Below are positions 36,306 through 45,980 of a DNA stretch of 64,000 nt, one piece after another. The position numbers and the translations under genes are program-made. The stretch's first letter is position 1. Each line of letters starts with the position of its first letter. Source of the stretch: Oscillospiraceae bacterium (GTDB lineage Bacteria > Bacillota > Clostridia > Christensenellales > Aristaeellaceae); contig JAISWI010000094.1 of NCBI GenBank assembly GCA_031270865.1, forward strand, positions 8,001 through 72,000, read 5' to 3'. The notes below the pieces were generated by a model. That model saw only the letters and a list, made by a program, of their open reading frames with translations. It had not been told where the DNA came from and made no database searches.

Positions 36306-36308
36306 GCG

Positions 36309-36337
36309 TTGTGCTTCCGGGCAATATTTGGTATAAT
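36309..36337 (+). promoter_or_regulatory. SigA-type promoter with extended -10, upstream of murB
   Basis: TTGTGC-17-(TGg)TATAAT. Confidence 0.5.
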
Positions 36338-36391
36338 GCGCCCGTGGGGAAACCCGCGCCCGATATCGCCATCCGGGAGGCCTGAACACAG

Positions 36392-37363
36392 ATGATACGA
36401 CCCGAAACCATCCGCCGCGTCCGCGAGCGCTTCCCCGGCGCCATCATCCATGAGGATGAGCCGCTCTCCCGCTGGACGACATTCCGCGTCGGCGGCCCGG
36501 CCGACGCGCTGTTCATACCGCGAGACGAGGATGAGCTGGCGTTCGCGCTGTCGGCGGCGCGGGCGTCGGGCGATCCGGTCACGGTGATCGGCAACGGCTC
36601 AAACCTGCTGGTGCGCGACGGCGGGATTCGCGGGCTTACCATCCGCGTAGCCACGCCGCGCGGCCAATCCGACGACCAGCGCGGCGGGTTGGCCGGAGCT
36701 GCCATCGACGGCGTCAAGCTGGATGTCGGCGCGGGCGTTACGCTGACAGCCGCCTCGCGGCTGGCCGCCAACGCCGGATTATCCGGCATGGAACCCATCA
36801 GCGGCATACCGGGCACGGTGGGAGGCGCGGCGTGGATGAACGCCGGGGCGTATGACGGCGAGATGGCCCATGTAGTGACGGCGGTGACCGCTCTGACCGC
36901 CAGCGGCCCGGCGGGAGACCCGTTCGACCAGGTGGAGCGGGTGGTATTCGCGGGAAGCAAGCTCGCGTTCCGGTACCGTGGCAGCGCGATGATGGACGCC
37001 GGCGTTATCATAACGCGCGTCGAGTTCACGCTGAAGCCGGACGATCCCGCGCTGGTTAACGGGCGCATGGCCGATTATACCCGCCGCCGCAAGTCCAAGC
37101 AGCCGCTGTCCGAGGCCAGCGCGGGCAGTTTCTTCAAGCGCCCGCCGGGACATTTCGCCGGGGCGTTGATCGAGGCGGCGGGACTGAAGGGTTTCGCTGT
37201 GGGCGGCGCGATGGTCTCGCCGACGCACGCGGGGTTCATCGTGAACCGCGGCGGCGCGACCGCCCGCGAGGTAATCGCGCTGAGGGACGAGGTCGTCCGC
37301 CGCGTGTTAGACAACTCCGGCGTAACGCTGGAACCGGAGGTCCGCGTAATCGGCGATGAGTGA
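36392..37363 (+). CDS. murB: UDP-N-acetylenolpyruvoylglucosamine reductase
   Basis: ...LSRWTTFRVGGPAD...GNGSNLLV...SAGSFFKRP. Confidence 0.93.
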   Translation: MIRPETIRRVRERFPGAIIHEDEPLSRWTTFRVGGPADALFIPRDEDELAFALSAARASGDPVTVIGNGSNLLVRDGGIRGLTIRVATPRGQSDDQRGGLAGAAIDGVKLDVGAGVTLTAASRLAANAGLSGMEPISGIPGTVGGAAWMNAGAYDGEMAHVVTAVTALTASGPAGDPFDQVERVVFAGSKLAFRYRGSAMMDAGVIITRVEFTLKPDDPALVNGRMADYTRRRKSKQPLSEASAGSFFKRPPGHFAGALIEAAGLKGFAVGGAMVSPTHAGFIVNRGGATAREVIALRDEVVRRVLDNSGVTLEPEVRVIGDE

Positions 37364-37386
37364 TGGCGGGTAATAGCGGGCGCGGC

Positions 37387-38328
37387 ATGAACAATTCGTT
37401 CTCATCGCGCGTCAAAGAGGAAGCGGCCAATGTTCCTGTCGGCGCGGAGTGCTGCGCGACCGCCGAGATGAGCGCGTTGACCTACACCGCCGCGACGCTG
37501 GCCTATGACGAGGATAACGAGCTGTCGCTGCGGGTGTCCAGCCGCTCAGCCAGCGCGGTGAACAGGGCAAGGACGCTGGGCGGCGTACTGCTCGGGCGCG
37601 AAGCCGATACGCGCTGCCCGTCGAATCCCGCGCAAGCCCACTGGTCCGGCGACGACGCGCTGCGGCTGCTCACCGTATGCGGGCTGTTGGGCGATCAGGG
37701 CTGGTTCGCGGTAAGCGACGTTGAGCGTCCATCACCCGGAGCGAAACCATGCTGCCGCGCGGCGTTCCTGCGCGGGTCGTTCCTGGGCGGCGGCTCGGCC
37801 GCCGATCCCGCGAAGGAATACCACATGGAGTTTGTAAGCTCCGACGAGCGGCTGGCCGAGATTTGGATGGGTTTGCTGGAAGGGCTGAGGCTTGAGCCGC
37901 GCGTTGTGCCGCGCAAAAACCAGCGCGTGGTATACCTCAAGGAGGCGGACCAGATAGCGCTGCTGCTGACCGTGATCGGCGCCCCAGCCTCGCGCCTCGC
38001 GGTGGAGGACGCGCGGATACTCAAGGGCATGCGCAACCAGGTCAACCGCGCCGCCAACTGCGACTTGGCGAACCTGGACAAGGCCGTGGACGCGTCAAGC
38101 CGCCACATCCGAGCGATCGAGACGATAGCGCGGACGGCGGGACTGGGCGCGCTGCCCGACGCGCTTCGCGAGACCGCGCAGGCCAGGCTGGACCATCCGG
38201 AATTGCCGCTGGCGGAGCTTGGGCGGACGCTGGCCCCGGGCGTGGGCAAATCCGGCATGAACCACCGCCTGCGCAAGATAGAGCGGCTGGCGGAGACGCT
38301 CTCCGGGAAAATTTCCGGGCATGATTAG
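37387..38328 (+). CDS. whiA: DNA-binding protein WhiA
   Basis: MNNSFSSRVKEEAA...; C-terminal HTH ...LGRTLAPGVGKSGMNHRLRKI. Confidence 0.9.
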   Translation: MNNSFSSRVKEEAANVPVGAECCATAEMSALTYTAATLAYDEDNELSLRVSSRSASAVNRARTLGGVLLGREADTRCPSNPAQAHWSGDDALRLLTVCGLLGDQGWFAVSDVERPSPGAKPCCRAAFLRGSFLGGGSAADPAKEYHMEFVSSDERLAEIWMGLLEGLRLEPRVVPRKNQRVVYLKEADQIALLLTVIGAPASRLAVEDARILKGMRNQVNRAANCDLANLDKAVDASSRHIRAIETIARTAGLGALPDALRETAQARLDHPELPLAELGRTLAPGVGKSGMNHRLRKIERLAETLSGKISGHD

Positions 38329-38411
38329 CGCTTTCGGCGCATATCCATATATGTGGCGGCCTGGGCGCGGGCGCGCGTACTGCGCTGCCATTGAAAGGAG
38401 AATCCATCCGC

Positions 38412-38696
38412 ATGAAACGACGACAGATCAACCTGGGCGGGTTCGAGGCCCCCAACGCGCGTTCCGCCGCGCTGCTGGCGCAGCTGTCCAGCAAATACAA
38501 GTCGCGCATACTGATCGAGCAGGGCAGCAAGGTGGTCAACGCGAAGAGTCTGATGGGCGTGCTCTCGCTCAGTAGCAAGAACGCCGACGCGCTCTACCTG
38601 GTGCTGGACGGCGAGGACGAGAACGAGGCGTGCGACGCGCTGGAAACGCTCATCCGCGCGAGGTTCGCCCCACCCGCCGAACAAGCGTGCGTATGA
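38412..38696 (+). CDS. crh: HPr-like protein of the Crh type (no His15; Ser46 kept)
   Basis: APNARSAALLAQ aligns with HPr GIHARPATLLVQ and with Crh GLQARPAALFVQ. VNAKSLMGVLSL is conserved. The whiA-crh order matches B. subtilis. Confidence 0.8.
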   Translation: MKRRQINLGGFEAPNARSAALLAQLSSKYKSRILIEQGSKVVNAKSLMGVLSLSSKNADALYLVLDGEDENEACDALETLIRARFAPPAEQACV

Positions 38697-38706
38697 CGCC
38701 CCGGCG

Positions 38707-39606
38707 GTGACAACGCGCGGCTGCGGGCTGTGCCCAAGGCGGTGCGGCGCGGTTCGCGGCGGGCCTAATGGCAAGCCGGGCGGCTGGTGCGGGATGGGCG
38801 TGACCCCGCGCGTGGCGACGGTAACGCTCCACTACGGCGAGGAGCCGTGTCTGACAGGCGACGGCGGCAGCGGGACGGTGTTTTTCTGCGGCTGCGCTTT
38901 GCGGTGCGCGTATTGCCAGAACGCCCCGGTAAGCTGGGACAGGCCGGACCAGTACGGGCGGTTATACACAGTTAACGAGCTGGCGGGCGTGTTCCTGTCG
39001 CTTCAGGAGCGCGGCGCGTCCAATGTCAACCTGGTCAACGCGACGCCGTTCCTTCCATCCGTGATTGCCGCGCTGCGCCTGGCGGAGCTTGCCATACCCG
39101 TTGTGTATAACACCAGCGGCTACGAGACGCTGGAGACCATCGACGCGCTGGATGGCCTGGTCGACATATACCTGCCGGATTATAAGTATTCGGACGCCGG
39201 GACAGCGAGTAAGCTCTCCGGCGCGGCTGATTACCCGGAGGTCGCGCAAGCCGCCATACCCGCGATGCGCCGCCAGACCGGAAGCGCTATCTATGACAGG
39301 CGCGGCCTGATGACGCGCGGCGCGCTCATCCGGCATCTGATATTGCCGGGGTTCATCCGCGAGTCGGTCCAGTCGCTCAACTGGCTGGCGGATAACCTTC
39401 CGCCCGATACGCCCGTGTCGCTGATGGGCCAGTTTACGCCAACGCCGCGCTCGGCGCTCTTGGGCATGGACAGGCCGCTAAGCCTTGAATCCTACCGCTA
39501 CGTGAAAGCGCACCGCGCGGCGGTCGGCCTTGACGACGGTTACAATCAAGGCCCGGACGCGTCCGGGGAATCCATGATACCCATATGGGATAAGGATATC
39601 GGATGA
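38707..39606 (+). CDS. Radical SAM protein (PflX/pyruvate formate-lyase activase-like)
   Basis: CGCALRCAYCQN cluster motif. GTG start. The stop overlaps the addB ATG (ATGA). Confidence 0.85.
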   Translation: MTTRGCGLCPRRCGAVRGGPNGKPGGWCGMGVTPRVATVTLHYGEEPCLTGDGGSGTVFFCGCALRCAYCQNAPVSWDRPDQYGRLYTVNELAGVFLSLQERGASNVNLVNATPFLPSVIAALRLAELAIPVVYNTSGYETLETIDALDGLVDIYLPDYKYSDAGTASKLSGAADYPEVAQAAIPAMRRQTGSAIYDRRGLMTRGALIRHLILPGFIRESVQSLNWLADNLPPDTPVSLMGQFTPTPRSALLGMDRPLSLESYRYVKAHRAAVGLDDGYNQGPDASGESMIPIWDKDIG

Positions 39607-42600
39607 TAATGGAACCGGCGCGGATACTCACCGCGCGGACAAACCGCCTCCTGCCGCGCGTTATCGACGAGATCGGACTATGCCTAAAGCGCGGCGAAGA
39701 TAAGCTGGTGCTGCTCGTGCCGGAGCAGTACACTCTCCAGGCCGAGGCCGGGATACTGCGAAGGCTTGACATACCGGGATTCTTCGCGCTGGATGTGCTC
39801 TCGCCCTCGCGCCTGACGGAGCGGGTGTTCGACCGCGCCGGGAAGCCTCCGCTGGCGAGGATCGGCGCGGAGGGCAAGGCGATGGCCGTGCAATCGCTGA
39901 TGGAAGGCCTCGCGCCGGAGCTATCCTACTACAAGCGGGCGGCTGGGCGGCGCGGGTTCGCGCGGAGGATGGCCGAGCAGATAGGCGCGTTCAAGCGGGC
40001 GGGGCAGACGCCGGCGTCCGTGCTGGAATTGGCGTCGCGGTGCGGCGGCGCGGCGCGCGGCAAGCTCAGCGACATGGCCGCGATATTCAACGGGTATGAG
40101 GAGGCGCTGGCCGGGCAGTTCGTCGACGGCGAGGATGTGCAGCGGGCGATGCTGGAGCGGCTGCCAGCGTCTGGCGTGATGGATGGGGCGCGGGTGTGGG
40201 TATATGGGTTTGACCTTATCGTGCCGTCGATGGTCGACCTGTTCTGCCGCGCGGCGAAGCTCTCGCGGGCGTTCACGCTAGCGCTGACGTGGGATCGTTC
40301 AGGCATGCCCGACGGGAGGCTGTTCGCGCCGGCGCGGGCCACGCTGGACCGGTTGGAGCGCGGGTTCGCCCGGGCGGGCGTGCCATTCGTTCAAGAGCGC
40401 GTCGAGGACAGGCTGGACGCCGCCGGACCTATCCGCTATCTGGAGCGGGCGCTGTTCGCCGGGACAGCCTCTGTGTACAAAGGCGGCGATGGCATGGATT
40501 CCGCGATAGAGTACGCGGTGGAGTCCACGCCTGACAGCGAGGCGGAACGCGCCGCCGCGCGGGTATTGCGGCTGATCGTGGACGGCGTGGATCCGGATGA
40601 TATACGCGTCCTCCACGCCAACCTTGACGCGAACGGCGACACGCTGGCGCGGGCGTTCAACCGCATGGGCATCCCGGTCTACCTGGACCGCAAGCGCCCC
40701 GCGTCGGCGCATCCGCTGTTTCTGGGATTGATGGGCGCGATAGACTTCGCCTCGCGCGTCTCATCGCCCGGCGCGGGGCATTCAGCCACAGCCGCGCTGT
40801 CCGACTGGATACGCAGCGGCTTTAGCGAGCTTACCGCAGACGAGGCCTCCGCGCTCGACGCTTACGCCCGCTCACACGCGTTGGACGGGGCGCGGTGGCT
40901 CAAGCCGCTCGACGGGCCGACCGCGTTCCAGTTATCGCAGGCGGAGGAAACGCTTCGCGGGAAAACCGAGCCTCTGCGCCGGATGGCCGTGGAACCGCTG
41001 GCCGACCTGCGCGTGATGACGCGCCAGGCCGAGCGGTCGGGCGAATTCGCGCGGGCGCTGTGGCGTTTCACCGAGGAAGCCGGTATTTATGGCAAACTGA
41101 CCGAACTGTATAGCGGGCTGAACGCGAGGGGCATGGCGTTGGAGGCGTCGCACACCGCGCAGGTTTGGCAGTTATGGCTGAACCTGCTGGACCAGCTGGA
41201 CGCGCTGCTGGCTGGCAAACCTGTATCGTCCACGCTGGCGGCCAAGATCATCCGCACGGGGATTGAGTCGCTAGACCTGGGGGCGCTGCCGCCCGAGCAT
41301 GGCCGCGTGACGATCGGGCAGGTGGGCCGCGCGAAACCGGGCAGGGCGCGGGCCGCGCTGATACTGGGGCTGGCCGACGGAGCGCTGGCCCCGGGCGGCG
41401 AGGGACTGCTGACCGACGCGGAATTATTGGAAGCTGAGGCGATACTCGACGCGCCGCTGGGACTGGACACGCGCTCGCTGCTCGCGCTGACAAACCTGAA
41501 CCTGTTGGAGGCGATGGCCGCGCCAACCGACTTCCTGTACGTCAGCTGCTCGACGGCGGGCGAGGGCGGCGAGCGCGTCCAGCCGTCGATCACGATGCGC
41601 CGCCTGGCGCGGCTGTTCCCCGCCGCGTGTCAGGTCGACGGCGGCCGCCCGGCGTGCCTGTACTCCCCCGGTACCGCGCTGGACGCGATAGGTCCAGCGC
41701 TGCGGTCAAGTCGGAGCGATAAGCCCATTTCCGGTATTTGGCAAATCGCGCGAACCGCGCTGGAGGCCGATCCGGTATGGCGTGACAGGCTGCGCGGCGT
41801 AGCGGACGCGCTCGCGCCGGATAAGCCCCGCCCGCCGCTGGATGTGCCGCTGGCCGCCGAGTTATACAGCCGCGCGAAGTATTCTGTCACGCGACTGGAA
41901 CTATTCGCGGCGTGCCCGTACCGGCATTTCGTCAGGTTCGGGCTGACGCCGATAATGCCCGTAGAGCCGCGCGTGGCCGCGAACCGCGCGGGATCACTCC
42001 TGCACCGCGCGTTGGAAACGCTGCTGCGCGAGTGCGCGGGCGAGGCGACGTTCCCCGACCTGCCTCGCGAACAGGTGGAGGAAACGCTGGAGCGGTTCAT
42101 GCCGCGGATGCTGGACGCGTTTGAGAATGGGCTGGTCCGCCAGAACGCGAGGATGGAGGCCGAGGGCGCAAGGATCGCCGCGACAGCGAAACGCGCGGGC
42201 TGGACGGCGGTCAAACAGTTGACCGTCAGCGCGTTCAGGCCGATGGCGTTTGAGTATACGTTCGGGCTGGGACGCGACGGCGCGTTGTCGATTGAGTTGG
42301 ACGGCGGCGGCTCAATCCCGCTGGAAGGCAAGATCGACCGCGTGGACGAGTGGTATGACGGCGCGAAGCGTTACCTGCGCGTGATCGACTACAAGTCCGG
42401 CTCACGGGCGGGGAAGGGCAACCCGTTCGACCCGACGCGCTTCTATGAGGGTTTGGATCTCCAACTGCTGCTGTACCTGGCCGCCGTCATACCGGAGCCG
42501 GAAACGGCTAAACCCGCCGGGGCGTTTTTGTTCAAACTGGATAACCCCGCGCTGACCGTCGAGCCGGACGAGCCGGAGGCGCTCAGCGCGGAGGGATGGC

Positions 42601-43004
42601 TTGACAAGCTGGAGCGCAAGCGGTTCAGCGAACTCAAACTGCGCGGGGTGATGCTGGATGACAAGCGCGTCGCGATGGCAATGGACAACGCGGAACCGCC
42701 GCTAAGCGTCCAAAAGATGTACAACAAGACCGATGGCCGCCGCGCCGCCCACGCCGACCTGGTCAGCGCGGACGACATGGACGGGATGATCCGCTACGCG
42801 AAACGCAAGGCGGCGTCGCTGGCGCGGCGGATCATTGACGGTGAAGTGGCCTGCGACCCGGCGCGTATCGTCGAGTGGACCGCGTGTCAGTGGTGCGACT
42901 ACGGCGCGGTATGCCAGCGCGACAGTAAAGCCGCCATGCGGCGGCTCAACGTGGTCAATCGGGATGAGATGCTGGCGAACATACTGCGCGAGTTGGCGCG
43001 GTAA
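39603..43004 (+). CDS. addB: Helicase-nuclease AddAB, subunit B
   Basis: 1133 aa. The C-terminal RecB-like nuclease has Fe-S cysteines (ACPYRHF...CDPARIVEWTACQWCDYGAVCQ). The N-terminal Walker A position reads ILTARTNRLLPRV, with no GxxGxGKT. Confidence 0.9.
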   Translation: MIMEPARILTARTNRLLPRVIDEIGLCLKRGEDKLVLLVPEQYTLQAEAGILRRLDIPGFFALDVLSPSRLTERVFDRAGKPPLARIGAEGKAMAVQSLMEGLAPELSYYKRAAGRRGFARRMAEQIGAFKRAGQTPASVLELASRCGGAARGKLSDMAAIFNGYEEALAGQFVDGEDVQRAMLERLPASGVMDGARVWVYGFDLIVPSMVDLFCRAAKLSRAFTLALTWDRSGMPDGRLFAPARATLDRLERGFARAGVPFVQERVEDRLDAAGPIRYLERALFAGTASVYKGGDGMDSAIEYAVESTPDSEAERAAARVLRLIVDGVDPDDIRVLHANLDANGDTLARAFNRMGIPVYLDRKRPASAHPLFLGLMGAIDFASRVSSPGAGHSATAALSDWIRSGFSELTADEASALDAYARSHALDGARWLKPLDGPTAFQLSQAEETLRGKTEPLRRMAVEPLADLRVMTRQAERSGEFARALWRFTEEAGIYGKLTELYSGLNARGMALEASHTAQVWQLWLNLLDQLDALLAGKPVSSTLAAKIIRTGIESLDLGALPPEHGRVTIGQVGRAKPGRARAALILGLADGALAPGGEGLLTDAELLEAEAILDAPLGLDTRSLLALTNLNLLEAMAAPTDFLYVSCSTAGEGGERVQPSITMRRLARLFPAACQVDGGRPACLYSPGTALDAIGPALRSSRSDKPISGIWQIARTALEADPVWRDRLRGVADALAPDKPRPPLDVPLAAELYSRAKYSVTRLELFAACPYRHFVRFGLTPIMPVEPRVAANRAGSLLHRALETLLRECAGEATFPDLPREQVEETLERFMPRMLDAFENGLVRQNARMEAEGARIAATAKRAGWTAVKQLTVSAFRPMAFEYTFGLGRDGALSIELDGGGSIPLEGKIDRVDEWYDGAKRYLRVIDYKSGSRAGKGNPFDPTRFYEGLDLQLLLYLAAVIPEPETAKPAGAFLFKLDNPALTVEPDEPEALSAEGWLDKLERKRFSELKLRGVMLDDKRVAMAMDNAEPPLSVQKMYNKTDGRRAAHADLVSADDMDGMIRYAKRKAASLARRIIDGEVACDPARIVEWTACQWCDYGAVCQRDSKAAMRRLNVVNRDEMLANILRELAR

Positions 43005-43013
43005 CGGGGAATG

Positions 43014-45269
43014 TCAGTTCGCGTTGGTGTCCGGAGCGGCGTTGTTTAGGATGGCGTTGCCCGGCGCGCTGCCGTTTGGCATAGTGTTGCCCGACGCGTT
43101 GCTGTCTGGGATGGCGTTGTCCGGCGTGTTGCTGTTTAGGATGGCGTTGCCCGGTGCGTTGCCGTTTGGCATAGTGTTGCCCGACGCGTTACTGTCTGGA
43201 ATGGCGTTGTCCGGCGTGTTGCCATCTAGAATGGCGTTGCCAGACGCGTTGCTGTCTGGGATGGCGTTGCCAGACGCGTTGCTGTCTGGGATGGCGTTGT
43301 CCGGCGTGTTGCTGTTTGGGATGGCGTTGTCCGGCGTGTTATCATTTAGCGTAGTATTGCCCGGCGCGTTGCCGCCCGGTATACCGTTATCCGGTGTGGC
43401 ATTGCCTTCGCCGCCGCGCGTGGGCATCCTGAACCCGCCTCGGGCGTTGCCGAACCCGCGCGTATTGGAACCCATCGCCTCCATGTTGACGGTCGAGGCA
43501 TCCACGAACCCCGCGCCACCGCTGGCGGTCTGCGCCTCGCTCGTAGAGGCGATCTCCCCGGCAAGCTGCGCCTTCACGCTTTGGGCGCGGAGCAGGCAAT
43601 ACTCCCTTAGCGCGGCCTGGCCAGCGATGAACTCGTCATATGTGCAGAACGCTGTCGGGTCCTTCTCAACGAATGGCGAGATCATCGCGATGGTTTGGTC
43701 GTACATCGCGGCAAACTCGCCACTGTCAAAGAAAGATTCGATCAGGCCCATGTACGTTTCGTGATACATCGCGGTGTATTCCGCGCTGGAGGCGATCCAA
43801 TCCCACATCGGGCGCGAATCGCTGGAGCCGTTGAGCAGCGAGTCTATGGGTGTGTTCACTGACGATGTAGCGGTATCGGCGGTTCCCGCGCCTATCGTGT
43901 TCATGTTGAACCCTCCACCCATACCGCCCATGCCTCCCATGCCTCCAAACGCGAGGTTGTAGTCCCACGGGATCATTGACAGCTTGCCGTCCTTCTCGTA
44001 TATGTAGTAGTTGTGCACGAGGGTGCCCGTGTAGCTGTCCTGGTTCACGGTGAAGTTATGGGCGGCGAAGTAAGATAACACCTCGCTTATGTCGAGCGTG
44101 GCCTCCAGGTCGGTTTGCTCGTTGAGTTTCTTCAGAGAGTCGATCAACCGGGTGTCGTCGCCGGACTTGGCGGTGAAGGCGGCGTTGTCGAATATCACGG
44201 AATAGCTGGCGGGGTCGTCGTCTGTATATACAAGCGTCGCCGCGCCGCCGCTCCTGCCGAATCCGCCCATGCCGCCAGCCCAAAGGCTGGACTGCGCTCG
44301 GTTCTGCCAGCGGTCCGCGAAGCCTTCGGGCATGCCATCGGGGAATAATTCCTCTATGTTTCCCGGGAATCCTTCTGGCATGTTGCCTTGGAAACCTTCG
44401 GGCATAGTCTGCGGTAAACCTTCCGGCATGTTCCCCTGAAAGCCTTCGGACATAGTCTGCGGTAAACTTTCCGACGTGTTCCTCTGAAAACCTTCGGGTA
44501 AACCTTCCGGCGTGTTCCCCTGAAAACCTTCAGGCATGCCTTCGGGTAAACCTTCCGGCATAGTCCCCTGAAAACCTTCAGGCATAGCCTGCGGTAAACC
44601 TTCCGGCATGTTCCCCATGCCGCCTCGTTCCCCGCCCTGGTTGATGTTCATGCTGTCGGGCTTGTATATCTGGCCGTGGTCCGCGCCGTAAACCCGCTTG
44701 GCGAAAGCGTCCTCTATGCCCTCAACCGCGAGGTACAGCCCCCAGTCCTCGCCGTTGACGGTAAGGTATATGAAGGAGCACAGCGGCGCGTCGGCGCCGG
44801 CGGCGGCCATCATCTTGTAGCTGACGAAGTCCTTCATGTAGGTGTTGTCCTGCGCGATGTTGTTAAGCGCGAGCTTATCCAGCCCCAGGTATGTCCGACC
44901 GGATACATAGTGGTCGAACTCCACCTTGAAGCTGTACCTGTCGGAATCCGACGAGGCTATGGTGGACAGCGACGAGTTGCCCTTGGGTCGGATGCCAACG
45001 TCGGATACCTTGCGACCGTCGATGACCACGGACGCCTGTATGTACTCCTCGTTCCGCGCGTTGGCCAGCATGTCCGCCCAGCCGCCTTCGTCCGCGACGA
45101 TGTCGATGGTGTGGACCCTGTCGCCGGAGAACAGCGACGCGGCGTACGGCGCGTCCGCCCGCGCTATCGAAACGCCCAGCGACTCGCCAGCGTAGAACAG
45201 GCAGGTTATGACGATCATCGCCAGCACGATGGCCAGGCATACCGCCGTTGTATACTTGTTCTTTGACAC
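43014..45269 (-). CDS. cotH: CotH-family atypical kinase with N-terminal membrane anchor and two low-complexity repeat regions
   Basis: MSKNKYTTAVCLAIVLAMIVITCLF... anchor. CotH core: RPKGNSS...YSFKVEFD...LNNIAQDNTYMKDF...HNYYIYEKDGKLSMIPWDYNLAFG. Confidence 0.85.
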   Translation of the reverse strand: MSKNKYTTAVCLAIVLAMIVITCLFYAGESLGVSIARADAPYAASLFSGDRVHTIDIVADEGGWADMLANARNEEYIQASVVIDGRKVSDVGIRPKGNSSLSTIASSDSDRYSFKVEFDHYVSGRTYLGLDKLALNNIAQDNTYMKDFVSYKMMAAAGADAPLCSFIYLTVNGEDWGLYLAVEGIEDAFAKRVYGADHGQIYKPDSMNINQGGERGGMGNMPEGLPQAMPEGFQGTMPEGLPEGMPEGFQGNTPEGLPEGFQRNTSESLPQTMSEGFQGNMPEGLPQTMPEGFQGNMPEGFPGNIEELFPDGMPEGFADRWQNRAQSSLWAGGMGGFGRSGGAATLVYTDDDPASYSVIFDNAAFTAKSGDDTRLIDSLKKLNEQTDLEATLDISEVLSYFAAHNFTVNQDSYTGTLVHNYYIYEKDGKLSMIPWDYNLAFGGMGGMGGMGGGFNMNTIGAGTADTATSSVNTPIDSLLNGSSDSRPMWDWIASSAEYTAMYHETYMGLIESFFDSGEFAAMYDQTIAMISPFVEKDPTAFCTYDEFIAGQAALREYCLLRAQSVKAQLAGEIASTSEAQTASGGAGFVDASTVNMEAMGSNTRGFGNARGGFRMPTRGGEGNATPDNGIPGGNAPGNTTLNDNTPDNAIPNSNTPDNAIPDSNASGNAIPDSNASGNAILDGNTPDNAIPDSNASGNTMPNGNAPGNAILNSNTPDNAIPDSNASGNTMPNGSAPGNAILNNAAPDTNAN
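43017..43400. repeat. In-frame 30-nt tandem repeats encoding the CotH C-terminal tail
   Basis: Encodes NTPDNAIPDSNASGNAIPDSNASGNAILDG... decapeptide units, with a higher-order period of about 90 nt (43040-43130 nearly repeats at 43130-43220). Confidence 0.85.
44321..44618. repeat. In-frame 24/48-nt tandem repeats inside CotH
   Basis: Encodes MPEGLPQAMPEGFQGTMPEGLPEGMPEGFQGNTPEGLPEGFQ... Confidence 0.85.
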
Positions 45270-45283
45270 AACGCGCCTCCCCG

Positions 45284-45955
45284 TCAGCCCATGTAGTCGC
45301 CGTTGTAGCTGACCAGCGCCGCGCTGCGCACGCCCGGCAAGCTGAGCAGCCCATTGACGAACGACACGCCCTCGGACTTGAGGCGGATCTCGTAGTGAAG
45401 CTCGATCTCCCCGGCGGTGACGGTCTTGCTCTTTATCGCCAGCTTCTTTACCTCGCGGGCCATGACCTCGCGGGCGGCGTTCTCGGACTGCTCGTCAGCG
45501 CAGCGGATGACCGCTATGTATGGGTCGTCGTGCGGCTTCCTGTTGACGAACAGGACCAGCGTCAGCCCGATGGCCACGCTGCCAAACACCGCCAGCGGGA
45601 GCATCCCCGCCGCCAGCACGATGCCCACCGTTATCGACCAGAACAGGAACGCTATGTCCAGCGGTTCCTTGATGGCCGTGCGGAAGCGCACGATCGACAA
45701 CGCGCCGACCATGCCCAGCGACAGCACGACGTTGCTGGTCACAGCGAGGATAACCAGCGTGGATATCATCGTCAGCGCGATGAGCGTCACGCCGAAGCTG
45801 GCGGAGTACATAACGCCCTTGAACGTCTTCCTGTATACCATGAAGATGAGTACCCCCAGCCCGAATGAGAGCGCCATGGCCAGCGCCATGTCCAGTATCG
45901 TCACAGACATGACGTTTTCCAGGAAGCTGGACCTGAAGATATCGTTGAATGTCAT
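45284..45955 (-). CDS. DUF4956-like integral membrane protein
   Basis: MTFNDIFRSSFLEN... with 4-5 TM segments, ...VRFRTAIKEPLDIAFLFW..., and a soluble C-terminal domain. The start at 45955 has GAGGATGG 5 nt upstream; 45964 or 45970 are also possible. Confidence 0.75.
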   Translation of the reverse strand: MTFNDIFRSSFLENVMSVTILDMALAMALSFGLGVLIFMVYRKTFKGVMYSASFGVTLIALTMISTLVILAVTSNVVLSLGMVGALSIVRFRTAIKEPLDIAFLFWSITVGIVLAAGMLPLAVFGSVAIGLTLVLFVNRKPHDDPYIAVIRCADEQSENAAREVMAREVKKLAIKSKTVTAGEIELHYEIRLKSEGVSFVNGLLSLPGVRSAALVSYNGDYMG

Positions 45956-45980
45956 TGCGTCCATCCTCACTATATTTATT

